Shown here: positions 13,132 to 28,495 of the stretch, one piece after another | Layout: every line of letters begins with the position of its first letter | How positions within the stretch are numbered: the stretch's first letter is position 1 | Assembly: GCA_964016885.1 (NCBI GenBank) | Contig: OZ024743.1 | Coordinates: 293,446,001 to 293,510,000, forward strand | Length of the DNA stretch: 64,000 nt | From: Eledone cirrhosa | Taxonomy: Eukaryota | Direction of reading: 5' to 3' | Program-made: the position numbers and the translations under genes | The notes under the pieces: generated by a model | The model's input: only the letters and a program-made list of their open reading frames with translations | What the model was told of the DNA's origin: nothing | Database searches by the model: none

Positions 13132-15802
13132 TTTTACACTCACATTCCATGCTAGCATGGGTTGGATAGGTTCCCATGATCTGAAACTAGATGTGTCACA
13201 GGCCCATATCTCACTCATATGTTCTAATCTATGGCATTGTTTCTTTGGCTACATGGGTATAATATAGTAAATTTGTCTTCACTATAAATATTGAGTCCTT
13301 TCAACGCTAAATAAATATTTGTTATTTGTAACTTTATAACATAGCATATTTGATGGGTTTATAAGTGCTTCAATTTCAGTAGGAAATATTAAGAAATATA
13401 TATATATTTTTTTTTGTGATTCTGGGTAAAGATCCAATGTTATTAAAACTTGTAGCTACAATACAACATCTGCTCCCCCTCCTCCTAAAATGCATTCGAC
13501 TTGGTAACAACGACAATCTTTTTAATATTAATATCTTGTTATTTATAAGCAAAAAGTGTTTAGCTACAACAGTAAACATGTAATAAAGCAAGATACTAGA
13601 AGAGATGAAAATATTTGTAGATCAGAAGATCAGAAATCTACCAGGTAGCTCAGCTTAGCATTCAAGACCCAAGATGGTATTTTTTAAAGACTTTTAGATT
13701 TCAAAATATTGGGTCTTACATGCCATCAAATAAGGTATATCTAAAACTAGTAAAAAATAGTGAAAGTGCGTGGCTTAGTGGTTAAATAATTGGATTCACA
13801 ATCATGAGGTTGTGAGTTCTATTCCTAGATCAAGTGATGCATTATGTCCTTGAGCAATGCAAGACACTTTATTTCACATTGTTCCTTCTACCAGGTGTTG
13901 CAACCAGTAGATAGTCTCAGCAATGAAAGTTCCACCCCTCTCGGTAAACAAATGAGGTTTAGGATTTTGTCAATCAAAAACTATTGATTTGTCAGTTGTG
14001 TCTAGTAATTCAGGCAATTGACCTGTATACCATTGGTTTTCTTGATCCAAGCTACTCTTCCTCATCTAATTCAAAACATTTAGTGTTCCTGAAATGAGAT
14101 TTTATTGGGGACGGATGTATGCGTGTGGTGTTGCTTTTTTTGTCATCACAACTCACCTCATATCATAACAGACTTATCTTACTTTACATATTTTTAATTT
14201 TCTTCTGGATTATCACTTGTTGATAAATGCCATCACCATCTTTCAGTTTTTTTCACAGACAGCTACAGCTTTCTTTTACCTAACACAATCCGAGCCAGAC
14301 TACAGATATCATGGCCCACCAGCCATTCTTGGTTGATTAATAGCTTCTACAAATGTTTCATGATCCTGGTAGACAAAATGGTGCATGTATTACTGCATTT
14401 CATGGTCTGGGTGATGCACTTCAACAGCTATTCTATCTCACAAAACTTGTTCTTGTAAATAGGTATCCCCATTCTTATTGAGCTCAGTAGGAAGGTGAAA
14501 CGGACACCCAGGGTGTCATGTTTCCAGAGCTATGGGTTCAACCAATAACTATCAGAGATTAGCTGGTATTTTGTCATTTCAAAATATTGCCACTGGAAAA
14601 TGTATCATTGTAGGTTGCATCCTAGTTTATGAACTTACCACCTTAAGACATATAGATATATGCGCATGCACACATGGCAAAATCTTTGCAGTTTCCATTT
14701 ACCAAATTAAAGACACTTACCCAAAGTGTCACATTGTAGGATTGACCCTAAACAACACAGCCATCCCTGTGCCAGTGATAATAAAAAGAATTACGTTAAT
14801 CTTTCATTTAAAACAAAAAATAGTATAAAATTATTCAGGGTTTCTCTCTAAGTGTACTCATGCACTTATGCAATGTGATCATATTTTGAAAATGTGTGCA
14901 TGTTTAAATGTCGCAATAACCCTAGTTTTTAAGTGGGCAATTAGCATTTCCCCATATATACTTTTGATCAACGCTAGCTTCAATCTTACCTCCTCATTAT
15001 AATAAATTTTTTAAAGCTAAAACAAAATATATTTTAGTGTGTGTGCAACAAAATTTTTATATGTGTATATGTATGAATGGTGTTTGTGATGCTATATATA
15101 TCTGGTTGTGTGTATAGTTGTTAGATGCTTGTAGCTGTATGGGGAAAGGTGGAAGGTGGTGCTGTTTTTCCTTGTTAGTGATTCGTTGGATGTGAGGACT
15201 TTGTTGTATGTCCCATGCTTCTACTTAAGATAAGTCTGCCTCTGAAGTGACTCTCACTAAGTGTTTCATTAGCTTCTTTTAATAATAGAGGAAATGGGAA
15301 TGGGCTCACTTGGTAGTTTGTAATAAAAAAAAAAGTATATGTAAATAAATATATATATGGGTGTGTGCGCACACATGGGAGTGTGTGCGTGCGTGCGTAC
15401 GAGTGTGTGTGTGTGTGTTAATATTAGAGTTTTCAAGTTTATAAAGTTGCAAAGCACAAATGTTTACTGTTTAAAAGAACTCAATACACAACACTGGTAA
15501 TAGAATAAAAGTCATTAAACATAAGACTGCCTGGGCCACATTTACGTGTATACATACATACATATATATATATATATATGTGTGTGTGTATATATATATA
15601 GCAACACATCATATACACGCATGTGTGTTTATCTGTCTCTCTTTCACTCTCCTGTATACATGTGTGTCATGTGTGTGTGTTTACATTAATGTTTGGGTTT
15701 AAGTTTTAAGTTAGAAATGACAACTACCATGTACTGATGAAAGCACTGAATACTTGTAGTAGAGTAAAATGTATTACACACACACATGAGATTGATGTAG
15801 AC

Positions 15803-15833
<31 letters not shown>

Positions 15834-18432
15834 CATGCACACATATATACATATTTGAGTATGTGTGTTATTTTTTTCATGTAGATGTAATTTTTAGATG
15901 AAATAACTAATCTCATAACTGTCTCTACCTCACCAAAATGTGTGACTAATCTCAAAGAAGTCTTCATTTTTTTCTTATTTCTTTTCATCTCCACAATTTT
16001 AATTTGTTTGTCTGAATTATTTGGTTCAACCAGGAGATGAAATATACTTTGAAACTGAAATATACTTTGAATATTCTTTCCTTGCAATCAGTTCTGTGTT
16101 CAAATCTAGCTTAGGTAACTTAATTTACATGAAATTTCTGGGGGTTTTCTGGGTTTTTTTTTCGAAAAATCTAAACACTAGCATAAACAGCTTATTTTCA
16201 TAGAATCAAAGGGTAATTTCAGTTAGTTTGATATCAAAAAGTTTGAAGAACCAGCTTGACTGAATAGTGAAGTTTGCTTCACAATCATGAGTGTTTTGAG
16301 TTTGACCCTACTGTGTGGCATTTAGGGCAAGTGTCTTTCACCATAACTTCAGATTGACCCAAGCTTTATGAGTGAAATTGGGAAGATAGAGACTTACAAT
16401 CCATCAGAAGGATTGTAATTCAAAGATTTACCCTTGTTACACACTGGATCTATATGTGAATTATGTTATAGGAGTATGTGACTGTTGAATTCTATTCTAC
16501 TTACCCACTAATTAAAAACATGGGCTGTTCCATTGACTTTACTCCTAAAACAATCATTCTCAAAACAAATGAAGATCCATTTAATTTAATCTTGATTTTC
16601 CATTGAGTGTCAGTTTAGTTCTTTCTATACCTCTGTCCAAACATGTAGCCTTTGTGCCAATTATCTAGCTTCATTCCTCTTAGCAGTTTCCAATACTACT
16701 GAGATCAGCTTTGATTTCCCTTTCCATTTTTATAGGACGCATGAAATATGTTTTGAATTCCTCAGTCATTGCCCAATAAATATGGTGTCTTAGCACAATT
16801 CTCATCAGGGCATGTCACTAAGTTGTTGAGGTGTCCAACTCATGACCATGAGAGCAGAGGTTTGATTCCCAGACCTTGTAGCACTTTGTATAGTCTAGTT
16901 TCGAGTGAGGCACTTCATTTTATATTGCTTCAGTTTACTCAGCTGACATTGAATTCCAGCAGCAGCAATTGAGGGTTTAACCTTGCAATAGAATGAGCTT
17001 TCTCTTGGTGTGATGAGTCTTTAGGCTCAAGAGAGACTTTAAAGAAAAACATGCCACTTTTTTGAAACCATTGCCACTATCTACTCTGTTTTCTGTATTT
17101 TACTGAATTTACTCAGACCAAACCATATTTATGTATCCCTTTCCATTCCCAGATAGTTGATTATCTGCATATTTTTTCAGGTTAAGCATTGAACACATTG
17201 TCATGACCCTCATCATTTTATGTCTGCTTTCACTGTTGCCATGGGTTGTCATGGTCTGAGCCAGAGAGCTATGCCGTCTTTAAACGTTCCATTTCTTGCA
17301 TAGTTTTTATCGTTTGATGCCCTTCCTAATACCAATTACTTTACACTATGCACTGAGTCCATTTATCATGGAAACAACTTTAGAGGTGTTGTTTACTCAG
17401 TAATACTAAAGGGCATCTCAGCCTGACATTGTCTCTCCTCATTAGCTATCCACTTTATAGCATATACTGGGTGAATTTATCATTGCCGAAGCCATTGTGA
17501 TTTTTTCTTGCTTTTGGCATGTCTCTATACTCATAACACAATCTCATGACTCTGTAGACTGTAGAAAGGTCATGGACACTATCCTTCCTACACTGACTAA
17601 TTAAAGAGGAAACCCTATCACGTCATCCATATGAAAAGGTGGGAGAAAGGAGGCACAGTGCATATGAGATAACAAGAGAGAGGGAAGATGGAAGCAGAGG
17701 ACAGAAAACAGAAAGAATACCTTGTACATATATGAAAAGAAAAAAAACAACAAAAAACGACAACCTTCCTCTGTTTATTTCTGTCTGCATGAATTTAACT
17801 TAATTACAGGTGGTTCAAGAATGCACCTACCTGTCTCTCACCTGCAATCATTGTTAGGTGACTAAAAATCTGTATAAAAATATTTCTAAAGAGGCAGCAC
17901 ATGATTGTTTTTTTTTTTTTTCACCAGTAATAGTAATGGTGGTTGTTGTACTGATAATAGTTATTTTACTCTTTAGTGGTGGTAGTAGGGGTTTATTAAC
18001 AGCACATGTTTAATTAAATCAGCAATTGTCTGTTTCAATCAAATAGCAGTAGTAATATATAAATGCTGAGACATGGTGATTCTGGCACAGAGGTGCATGG
18101 CTCCTGACTGCAGGGTCATCTGTTCACAGAGACATGCAGTCAATTTCATACACATACATATTCACACATACACATGTATATCTACCCCACAGGGTACATT
18201 ATAATGAGTCAGAGCCAGATAATTATTACCAAAGTGCTAAAAAAATTTCATATAAATTATGAGTTATTTGGTATCAGGATATTTAAGGGTTTATACAGTG
18301 AAAAAAAAAAATGGAATGAGCCACCTACAACTTGGGTTATATATTGTTAATGAAAAACACTGCCAATGATTTTCAAATCATTTTGAAAATAATCAAGAAT
18401 GTGGAAGGATGTAGTGATAAAACAAATTATCA

Positions 18433-18832
18433 TTAACCCTTTTGGCAGTATCAGTTGAGCATCGGACAACATGCTTTATGGCATAAGGTTATATCTCTTT
18501 ATGATCTGAGTTCAAATCCTGCCAAGGTTAGTTTTATTTTTCATCTTTACAGGGTCAATAAAATAAAGTATCAGCAAACACTGGGGTCAATTTATTAATT
18601 TTTCCCCAAAATTGTTGGCCTTGTGCCTAAATCAGAAACCATTATTAATTAATGAAGAATTTTGAGGGATTTATTAAAATTATTATTTCATTACTAAGAT
18701 AGTAACTTATTGTAAGGTTTTTATATAAAGTTATGTTAGAAAATTTTAATATAAATTGGAACCCTTTAAAATAGATGACTTTATTTCATAGCCCCAGAGC
18801 TGATTTTGCCGGATTGGTAACAAAAGGGTTAA
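18433..18832. mobile_element. piggyBac-like MITE interrupted by a SINE
   Basis: TTAACCCTTT ... AAAGGGTTAA ends; body similar to 36999-37784. Confidence 0.6.
18443..18646 (+). mobile_element. SINE family B
   Basis: Consensus match, inside piggyBac-like MITE. Confidence 0.85.
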
Positions 18833-19825
18833 ACCTGTATTTAGAACATCTGAGAGATCAGTGGTTCTGAATAAGTACAAGCATGATCTGTGAAGATCTA
18901 TTCAACCCTTGCTAACAGGAAAAATGCACGTTAAACGATGATGATGATTTTCCAACATCTGAAAGTTTTTCTCCTATATATTTTTTCTTTGTTTATACAA
19001 TATTTTAACATCTTTACCAAATGACATAGCCATTTAATTTAATTTGGTTTTTATTCAACCCACATCATAAGCTTAACTAATTTAATAACATTCTTCTGGT
19101 ATCTAATGTCTTCTCTCTTATTCTTTTAAAATAAATACTATTTCATCATCATCATCAGATCCATTTGGTTCTATTTTGACATGGGTTGAACATGACATTT
19201 TGTGGCAATATTTTACATATTTTTAAAAAATAAGGTATGAAGAATCTTTGAGTATGACTCGGAAAACAAACGCCACAGCCTTCAGTGGAATAGTCCGTCA
19301 TCGCCAAGGCCGAAGAAAGCATGACAGTCGAAGTACTCAGGCATCTAGATGCCATTCAACTCTATGAGTGCTAGCAAATATAAAGATCATTTTTTTCGAA
19401 TCTGGATTTTTCCTCCACTAAAACCATGGTTGACTAAACAAATTTTATATTATTATCATATCTAAAGTGTTCTATGCTATTTCATATATCCATACAAATT
19501 TTCCTTACTTTAACTAAATATAAAATTAAAACAGATTTTAATGGGCCTGTTTCCAACACTCACCCCACCCTTTTCCAGAATCTTTGTTCCCATTGTCTCT
19601 CCTTCTTAGATTTTTCTTATATTTCTTCTTCTTAATACTCATCAGTAATTTCAGAAGTGATCTTCCTAAAGCTCTCAAATTTTTCAAACTACGAATGTAG
19701 CCAATTTGTAATTTTTTCCATAAATATACTATCATATACTCCTCTTTTAAATGATAGAGTTCTTTATATAGTCTGTGGTCCTCCTTGTTATTTAGAATAA
19801 GCACATCCTAATACATACATACATA

Positions 19826-19890
<65 letters not shown>

Positions 19891-20026
19891 CCCATGCTAT
19901 AGTGAAGAAATGGATGTAATTCTATGGTAACGATTATATATATATATATGAAAAAGTATGATCCCGACGGCTATTTCTAGACTCATACCCTAAGTATTGA
20001 GTACTCTGGTGGGTTATGGTCCATAT

Positions 20027-20518
20027 ATGACTTGATAAATTCCGACCTCACATACTTACACCTCTCCAAGACAATGACACTGGACCGAGATCGTTGGCGC
20101 TATGCAGTAATACAGAAGACCTGCCTTGCCTAAGTGCAAATCGAAACCTACAGTCAGTAGGCACCTCTTACCAAAATACACCCCCCGTCCCACTACCCCC
20201 ACCCCATCCACACCACCCCCTTTCGATGTAAAGTTATGTTGGTACCACAACATCCAGTCCTAAATAAATGATGTCGTGCAAGTGTCACGACAAAAAAACA
20301 CACAGTCCACGCTGTAATGTGGCCGTGTAGGTAACACAGTAAAAACCTCCCAGTCCACACTGTAAACGTGGTTGGTGTTAGGAAGGGCATCCAGCCGTAG
20401 AAAACCCGCCAGACAGTCCTATACAAACAAGACAACCAATCTTGCCTCAAGTGGGAAAATTACTGCCCAAACCCATGCTAGCATGGAAGATGGACGTTAA
20501 ACGATGATGATGATGATG
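20027..20518 (+). mobile_element. RTE LINE 3' fragment
   Basis: Matches 57585-58046 (GACTTGATAAATTCCGACCTCAC ... GGACGTTAAAC(GAT)n). Confidence 0.9.
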
Positions 20519-20820
20519 TGTGTATTCATTCAAAGCTTGAACAGTGTTAAATCAAGCATCCATGATTTCCTATCTCTCCTATGAATCTTTACAGCCTTTG
20601 CTAAACACATGAGTTTTATGTCACTAGTAGGCCCACACTTATTTTGATGTTTGGGTTATGAAGGTCTTGAAACGTTAATAGACACATGCATTTCAGAATG
20701 ATATTGTTCCAAGTCAAGCATAAAGAACTAATAAGGAAATAGGAATAATCCCTGAACTGATTAAAATGGAGCACAGTCATGGCTTTAATATAACATGTTC
20801 GAAAGAAATGCAGTTCCCTA

Positions 20821-20888
<68 letters not shown>

Positions 20889-21689
20889 GTGTGTGTGTGA
20901 TGTCAGTGTGTGTGTGTGATGAAATGATATTGTATGCAGGTGTTTATAAGATCTTGTAGTAAAATAGGCAGGTATTATATACACACACACACGTGTGTAT
21001 ATTTAATTTCGTACAATCTCATGTTAAAATGCATGTGTATACATATATATATGAAAATCCGTGCATGTGTAAGGGGAAACACTCACCATGAATACATATA
21101 CTTTGTGTGTGTGTGTGTGTATATATATATACATACAGTCTCTCTTCCCACTCACATGTACATGTACATGTGCATGCACAAAATGGGTGCAATCTATTTT
21201 CATTTTCACCTTGTTCGTTGTTTGCCTGCAGCAACTTCATGCAAGGAAATGGTTTGTATGCCCCCCCGCCAAACACACACTCACCCTCACAGGCACACTG
21301 ACAACACACACACAGACATACAAAATCACATCCACATACAATACAAGCATGCACATACGCCCTACACATACACACATCAACCATGTAACAAACACAAATC
21401 AGTCAATGTATACACGCAAACACATCAACCAATGTATGCGCATACGCACACACACACACACGTCAACATATGACTACCCAGATACACCAATATACATGAA
21501 CAAATCACAGACACACAAATCGACCAATATACGCTCACATATTCACATACATAACACACATACATACATACATTCATTCACTGACATGAGTATATATATA
21601 TACACACATGAACAAATCAACGAACATAACAATCTTTGCCGATATATTTCTGCCATTTCACCTTTTTTACTTTCTTTTTTCATATTATT

Positions 21690-22062
<373 letters not shown>

Positions 22063-22203
22063 GTGTGCATGCATGTATAAATATACATACTACTGTACGT
22101 CTGTATACATATATGTATGTACTTATATTTAAGTAACAGCCGTACTAAGACTGAGAAATGAAATTTTGTTTCATTTTTTCCGTTTATATATATATATATA
22201 TAT

Positions 22204-22400
22204 ATAGGAACGAGTAGGACCCCGACGGCTGAGCTCAAGCCGTTTCGACGGCTAATTCTGGACTCAGAATTAGCCGTAGAAACGGCTTGAGCTCAGCCGT
22301 CGGGGTCCTACTCGTTCCTATTACTCACTCTACTACCCTAAGTATTGAGTACTTTGGTGCGTTATGGTCCACCTGGTTCCTTACCACATTTCCTTCGTTA
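22204..22400. repeat. Fold-back element: 57-bp inverted arms (22204-22321) plus unique extension
   Basis: ATAGGAACGAG...AATTCTG gact CAGAATT...CTCGTTCCTAT with one mismatch; relatives at 22691-22778, 40968-41157 and 19964-20025. Confidence 0.9.
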
Positions 22401-22432
22401 TATATATATGTTCATATATATATATATATATG

Positions 22433-22466
<34 letters not shown>

Positions 22467-22536
22467 TATATATATATATATATTCATATATATATATATT
22501 CATATATATATATATATATATATATTCATATATATA

Positions 22537-22813
<277 letters not shown>

Positions 22814-23041
22814 TATATATATATATATATATTCATATATATATATATATATATTCATATATATATATATATATTTATTGTTATACTTTGGGAGGGTCAT
22901 GTTGCCAATAAGAACCACACGCACCAGTTGCTTCCACTTCAATTTATTATATATTTATAAATCTATAAATTTACAAATCTACAATTTATATTTATAAATT
23001 TCTGGTTGGTTGGTTCCACAACCAGATAGTTGTTTATATAT

Positions 23042-23086
23042 AGTCATAGTCCTTTCGTCACACACTCTGTGACCTCTTCAGTGACT
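23042..23086 (-). ncRNA. Minimal type I hammerhead ribozyme in PLE family 1 3' region
   Basis: AGUCA CUGAAGA G GUCACA-gagug-UGUGAC GAAA GGAC UA UGACU: 5-bp stem I, 6-bp stem II, one extra G after the core. Confidence 0.8.
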
Positions 23087-23290
23087 GGGGATTCCTTTCT
23101 TTGTTTCTGTGCCTTTCCTTTCTTCTGTCTTACGCCATTTTGTTTCTGTGTGTGTGTTGTGTGCTCAGTTTTCGCATGCGCCACATCCGGGTGTCTGTGT
23201 GTGTTTGTGTTCATTTATCTATTTGTTTATTTATTTACATGTTATTGGTTGGTTGTTTGTTCTATGTGTGTGTGTGTTTTCATTTTGTCC

Positions 23291-24245
23291 TTAATTGTAA
23301 GTTGTGATGTTGCTGTTCCACTCATATTTTCTATTTAATTTTGGTTGTAATTCTTTTATGTTTATTGCCTCTGTAATTTGTCTAAACGTTGCATCTTTTC
23401 TGTGTGTAGATTCTATTTTTATTTCTATGTTCTCTAATTTACCCTTGTGTTCTATCTTAGCATGTTGGTAGAGTACAGATGATTCTTTATTATCTTGAAG
23501 GTCTCGCCAGTGTTCATTTATCCGTTCCCCTATACTACGAGCTGTCTCACCTATGTACACTATATTTTTGTTTCTACATTGTCCTTCAGTACATCTTATG
23601 CTATACACAACATTTCTAGTTTTACAGTTAATATGGGGGCTTATTTTACAGATTATACATTTCTTATCTATACATGAGGGTCTTTGGAACGGGTATGTCT
23701 TGCTAATAAGTGTTTTTACGGAGGTACCTGGTCTTTCTACTATCTTAATATTGAGTTTATGTTTATTTAGGGCCCTTCTAAATTTGTAGGCTAGTTCGCC
23801 TCTAGGGGTTGTATCGATGAACATTACACTCTGGTATTTATTGCTATCATACCATGAGTTTATTCTATTGGCCTTGTTCCTAGTTCTTTCTATTCTATGC
23901 CAAAATTTGCTCCTATACAAGGGGCAGGTCCCATTTATCTCATTATTTACCATTTTTTCCCATTTGGTTCTGGCTCCTCTATACACTCTGATTCTATCTC
24001 TCTGATTGTAGCCAGAGAACTGCATACGGTGGATGAAGTGTTGTATGTGTCTCTCTAGTTCTTCGGGGTTGCACATGCGGGACACATTTCTCATCACCCG
24101 TACCAAATCCGCAATCAGTATGTTGATTTTGGTATGGTCCGAAATGGCCGAGTTTCGGTGGATCAGATGTTTGGAAGTCATGGGTTTGGCATAATGGGAA
24201 TGGAGGATTTGTTTTTGGTTGTTAATGGTATCTAACCAGAGCTCT
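23291..24245 (-). CDS. PLE protein C-terminal part: RT thumb + Cys-rich linker + GIY-YIG endonuclease (open but 5'-truncated)
   Basis: HYAKPM..HRNSA thumb motif; C-x4-C-x2-C-x7-C linker; NVVYSIRC...YIGETARSIGERINEH and R.ITEA.NI...P.LN motifs. The annotated Met lies in flanking simple repeat. Confidence 0.85.
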
Positions 24246-24249
24246 GTGT

Positions 24250-26512
24250 GTGTGTGTAAGCGTGTATACAAATAAATAAATAATTATATAAACGTATATA
24301 AATAAATAAATACGTATATAACAAGCGCACACACATACCTACATGTAAATACACGAATGTTCGGAGACGTAAGTCAACCAAAACATGAAGTACACATATA
24401 CACACGCCCTACATACGTACGAACCTGCATACACACACAGACGCAAGCCTCCCGTATACACATAGCCGAACCATATGTACCAGAATATATAAAAAAATTA
24501 TACGCCATAACAATCAAATATACGTACGAGAAGGTATAGTTACCTTCACAAAACATACGGATAATATATACTTACCTATGCAAATAAGTAAAGGTATAAA
24601 CAAAACATATACTTAGCTCCCACATCGAGACGTAAAATATCCACGTATAGATCGTACTATCCGTTAGGGTATAACGTGGGGCTGTAATACAGGAAAGTTT
24701 TGTGCAATTTATGTTTACAAGCGAAATTGCCTCAGATTTTTTGTTTAAGATGTGGTCTGTGGCGTAGAGTATATCCAGGGCCTCAGCGGCGCAGAGGTCA
24801 CATGGTCTTTTATTTCCGTTATACGATCTAGCCCTCGCCAGGATCTCCCACTGTAACTTATATTGGGTGTGGTTGTCTTTTAGACTCCAGATATGAGCTG
24901 AAAGTGACGTCATATTCCTTCTTAGAGGGTAACGAAAAGAATGGGTATGCATGTAAAGACGCTGCTTGAATCTATTGGCGGTTAACCCTATGTAGGCCCT
25001 ACGGGACGTGGGTGTTACAACCTTACATATGTAGACAATGTTACTAGAGAGGCATTTCCCGGATAGGGGGCAATCAACCCGATTCCTACAATTACAGTTA
25101 GTACTAACTACAGGGTTGCACGTGTTCCTGCGGCTAGGTAGTTTAGCTAAATTTGAAGCTGTGATATTATGTGCAAGGTTAGGAGTCGTAGAGTAAGAAA
25201 TTTTAATAGTATTTCTATTAAAAATTTTACTATATTTATGTGTAGGGGGAAAATGCTTCGTAATAAGGGAAAGAAAGATCTTAGCTAATGGTGTGGCCAC
25301 CTCCATATTATATGGTGGGTTATACCAACAAATGCGACCGGATCTATTTCTTCTAGGTCTATTTTCGTACTCTGTATATGCTACCTTATCGACAAATCCA
25401 CTTCGAGCAAGAGCTTCATTGTAATAAGTGGAATGGCCGTTGAAGATACGCTCGTTGGTGGAAAGACGGGAAAGCCTCAACGAAACGTTTCTTACCAGGT
25501 TCTTGGTTATGCTGGCAGGATGGTTGGAATGCTTACTTATGTAATTAAGCGTATCATTCGGCTTTCTATACGGGTAATACAACCCATTCAATAAGTTTAG
25601 GGTAACGTCGAGGTAATTAACGACCGAGAGATTGGCCTCAACCTGTATAGAGAGGTTGAAGCCTTTAAAGAAGGCTGTGAGTTCTTTTTCTGAACCTGTC
25701 GCAAGCACGAGGTCCGCACTTAGTCATGGTCAAAAGACTATCGTCACGGTACAAACCACCGCCCGCGTTGGGGAATTCGTCCTTGATAGAGAAAAGAAGG
25801 AAAAGGCCGATAAGATCAGTAACCTCCGCAGAATCACTGGCACCCATACTCACGTCGGATGGGGTACTATTGGATTTTTTAATCCAAATAGAGTCGTCGA
25901 AATTAATCACCGACTTACGGGCATTGAGGATGACATCAACTTCGATATCCTTAACCACTGTGAGTGTTTTAGCGAAATTGATAGCTCTAAGGAGAAGTGG
26001 TAAAGTGATGGAGGAGTAGTAATTGTTGATGTCGAATTGGATAAAACGGCAATGTTCCTTGTTACATATGCCGTTGAACCAATCAATCACCGCGAAAGAA
26101 TTATTCCACAGTGCAAGAGGGGCCAAACTTCTAATTTCAGGTATAATTATATCAAGAATCCTTTTACTAAGTCTACCTAAATCGGACTTCGTAGGGTTTA
26201 TAAGCCGAATAGTGGGGTTGTTCGAAAAATTGGATTCGTGATCCTTCAGGGTAAAGTGGGGAGAAATAGAGTCCAGAGGTTCGATCCGGTCCAGGATGTT
26301 GAGATCAGATGAGATTTAAACCCAGTATCGTTGATTTCATTGATGACGCACCGATTAGTTTTACGGTAATCCTTAGTTACAGCATTATGTAGTAGTTGAT
26401 GGTAAGTACTGCGCTCCACATGATATAGGTTGCCAGTTTTGTCGGAATGGACGTGCACGGCATTAGAATCCTTAATAGAACGAATTCTATTCTTCAGGTC
26501 TAGCTGGAAGGA
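24250..26512 (-). mobile_element. Penelope-like element family 2 (RT + C-terminal GIY-YIG), frameshifted and 5'-truncated
   Basis: SDKTGNLY (about 26440); FDINNYYSSI, MGASDSAEV, LYRDD (25665-26126); NYLDVTL, KHSNHP, CNCR..CPLSGKCL, IVY..YIGLT..FKQR, C..C..E, LNKKSE (24572-25708). 3' boundary approximate. Confidence 0.9.
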
Positions 26513-26526
26513 ATATATGAATATAT

Positions 26527-26601
<75 letters not shown>

Positions 26602-26747
26602 TATATGAATATATATATAAATATATATATATATATATGAATATATATATAAATATATATAAATATATATGAATAAATATATATATATATATGAATAAAT
26701 ATATATATATATATATGATATTTATATATATATTTATATATATATCC

Positions 26748-26838
<91 letters not shown>

Positions 26839-26858
26839 TATTTATATATATATTCATA

Positions 26859-27169
26859 ATGGGGACATATGGCTTAGTGGTTAGAGCATTGGTCTTGCAA
26901 TCGAAAGGTTCAATTCTCAGACCGGGTGATGTGTTGTTTCCTTGAGCAAGACACTTTATTTCACATTGCTCCAGTTTACTCAGCTGTAGAATTGAGATGA
27001 TAGGGACTGGTGTCCCTATCATTCCACTGTAAAGTGGTCGTGGAGGTCCCAGCACTCACTGTAAATGAGGTTGGTGTTAGGAAGGGCATCCAGCTGTAGA
27101 AATCAAGCCAGAATCAGTTCCCGTCTCACCCTTGCAAGCAGGGAAAAAGCGGACGTAAAATGAAATGAT
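26859..27169 (+). mobile_element. SINE family A
   Basis: Close match to 868-1219 with a small internal deletion. Confidence 0.9.
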
Positions 27170-27176
27170 ATATATA

Positions 27177-27210
<34 letters not shown>

Positions 27211-27349
27211 TATATATATATATACATTTATATATAAGTTGAAAAAAATGAAAACGAAATTTCATTTCTCACTCTTAGTATGGCACTTACTTAAATGTAA
27301 GTATGTATGTATACGTACATACATATATGTATACAGACGTACAGTAGCA

Positions 27350-27397
<48 letters not shown>

Positions 27398-27540
27398 CAG
27401 GTACACATACATATATGCACGCATCAGTTTAGCGGACGCTTATTATAACGCCGCTTTGTTCGTTTGTCAACAAACTGAACAGCCTGAATTTATGCCATAC
27501 GGTGTTAAGGCAACCACGTCACTTTTTTGTTCAACACAGG

Positions 27541-27585
27541 AACGATGTACTAGTTTCAAGCTTGTTAGCTATCATCAGCACCGTT
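27541..27585 (-). ncRNA. Minimal type I hammerhead ribozyme, tandem unit 1
   Basis: AACGGUG CUGAUGA U AGCU-aaca-AGCU U GAAA CUAG UA CAUCGUU: 7-bp stem I, palindromic ACUAGU stem III, GUA cleavage triplet. Confidence 0.85.
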
Positions 27586-27816
27586 TACCCATCTGCCAGA
27601 TAGTTGAACGTTCGAAAGTATATACTTTCCTTATGAAAAGTAACGGCTGAGCAGCCTAATTTGCATATTGAGTGAGTTAAATCGGTCAGGCATACCGAAA
27701 ACGATAAGTTGAAAAAAATGAAAACGAAATTTCATTTCTCACTCTTAGTATGGCACTTACTTAAATGTAAGTATGTATGTATACGTACATACATATATGT
27801 ATACAGACGTACAGTA

Positions 27817-27881
<65 letters not shown>

Positions 27882-28030
27882 CAGGTACACATACATACAT
27901 GCACGCATCAGTTTAGCGGACGCTTATTATAACGCCGCTTTGTTCGTTTGTCAACAAACTGAACAGCCTGAATTTATGCCATACGGTGTTAAGGCAACCA
28001 CGTCACCTTTTTGTTCATCACTGACACAGG

Positions 28031-28075
28031 AACGATGTACTAGTTTCAAGCTTGTTAGCTATCATCAGCACCGTT
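28031..28075 (-). ncRNA. Minimal type I hammerhead ribozyme, tandem unit 2
   Basis: Identical to 27541-27585, 490 nt away. Confidence 0.85.
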
Positions 28076-28257
28076 TACCCATCTGCCAAATAGTTGAACG
28101 TTCGAAAGTATATACTTTCCTTATGAAAATTAACGGCTGAGCAGCCTAATTTGCATATTGAGTGAGTTAAATCGGTCAGGCATACCGAAAATGATAAGTT
28201 GAAAAAAATGAAGGAAAGTATATACTTTCGAACGTTCAACTATCTGGCAGATGGGTA

Positions 28258-28302
28258 AACGGTGCTGATGATAGCTAACAAGCTTGAAACTAGTACATCG
28301 TT
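28258..28302 (+). ncRNA. Minimal type I hammerhead ribozyme, inverted unit
   Basis: AACGGTG CTGATGA TAGCTAACAAGCTT GAAA CTAG TA CATCGTT read directly on the + strand. Confidence 0.85.
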
Positions 28303-28451
28303 CTTGTGTCAGTGTTGAACAAAAAGGTGACGTGGTCGCCTTAACACCGTATGGCATAAATTCAGGCTTTTCAGTTTGTTGACAAACGAACAAAGCAGCG
28401 TTATAATAAGCGTCCGCTAAACTGATGCGTGCATATATGTATGTGTACCTG

Positions 28452-28495
<44 letters not shown>

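Larger units (their letters stand above)
22876..24245 (-). mobile_element. Penelope-like element family 1, 5'-truncated
   Basis: Contains ORF 23291-24271 with RT thumb, Cys-rich linker and GIY-YIG domain; 3' non-coding region carries an HHR; second copy at 62861-63969 shares the same 3' end. Confidence 0.9.

Noticed and set aside
14200-15060. Possible decayed DNA transposon or host exon (ORF 14532-14828)
   Set aside because: No recognisable transposase motif, paired TIRs or splice structure
19143-19804. Possible decayed LINE 3' fragment on the minus strand
   Set aside because: Coding-like composition and (GAT)n end, but no identifiable motif
24630-24685. Expected HHR at the 3' end of PLE family 2
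   Set aside because: No CUGANGA/GAAA core could be read on either strand
27239-28393. Repeated small ORFs (MKKMKTKFHF..., MFVCQQTEQPEF...)
   Set aside because: Products of the repeated non-coding HHR unit, run through variable (TA)n, and show no recognisable domain
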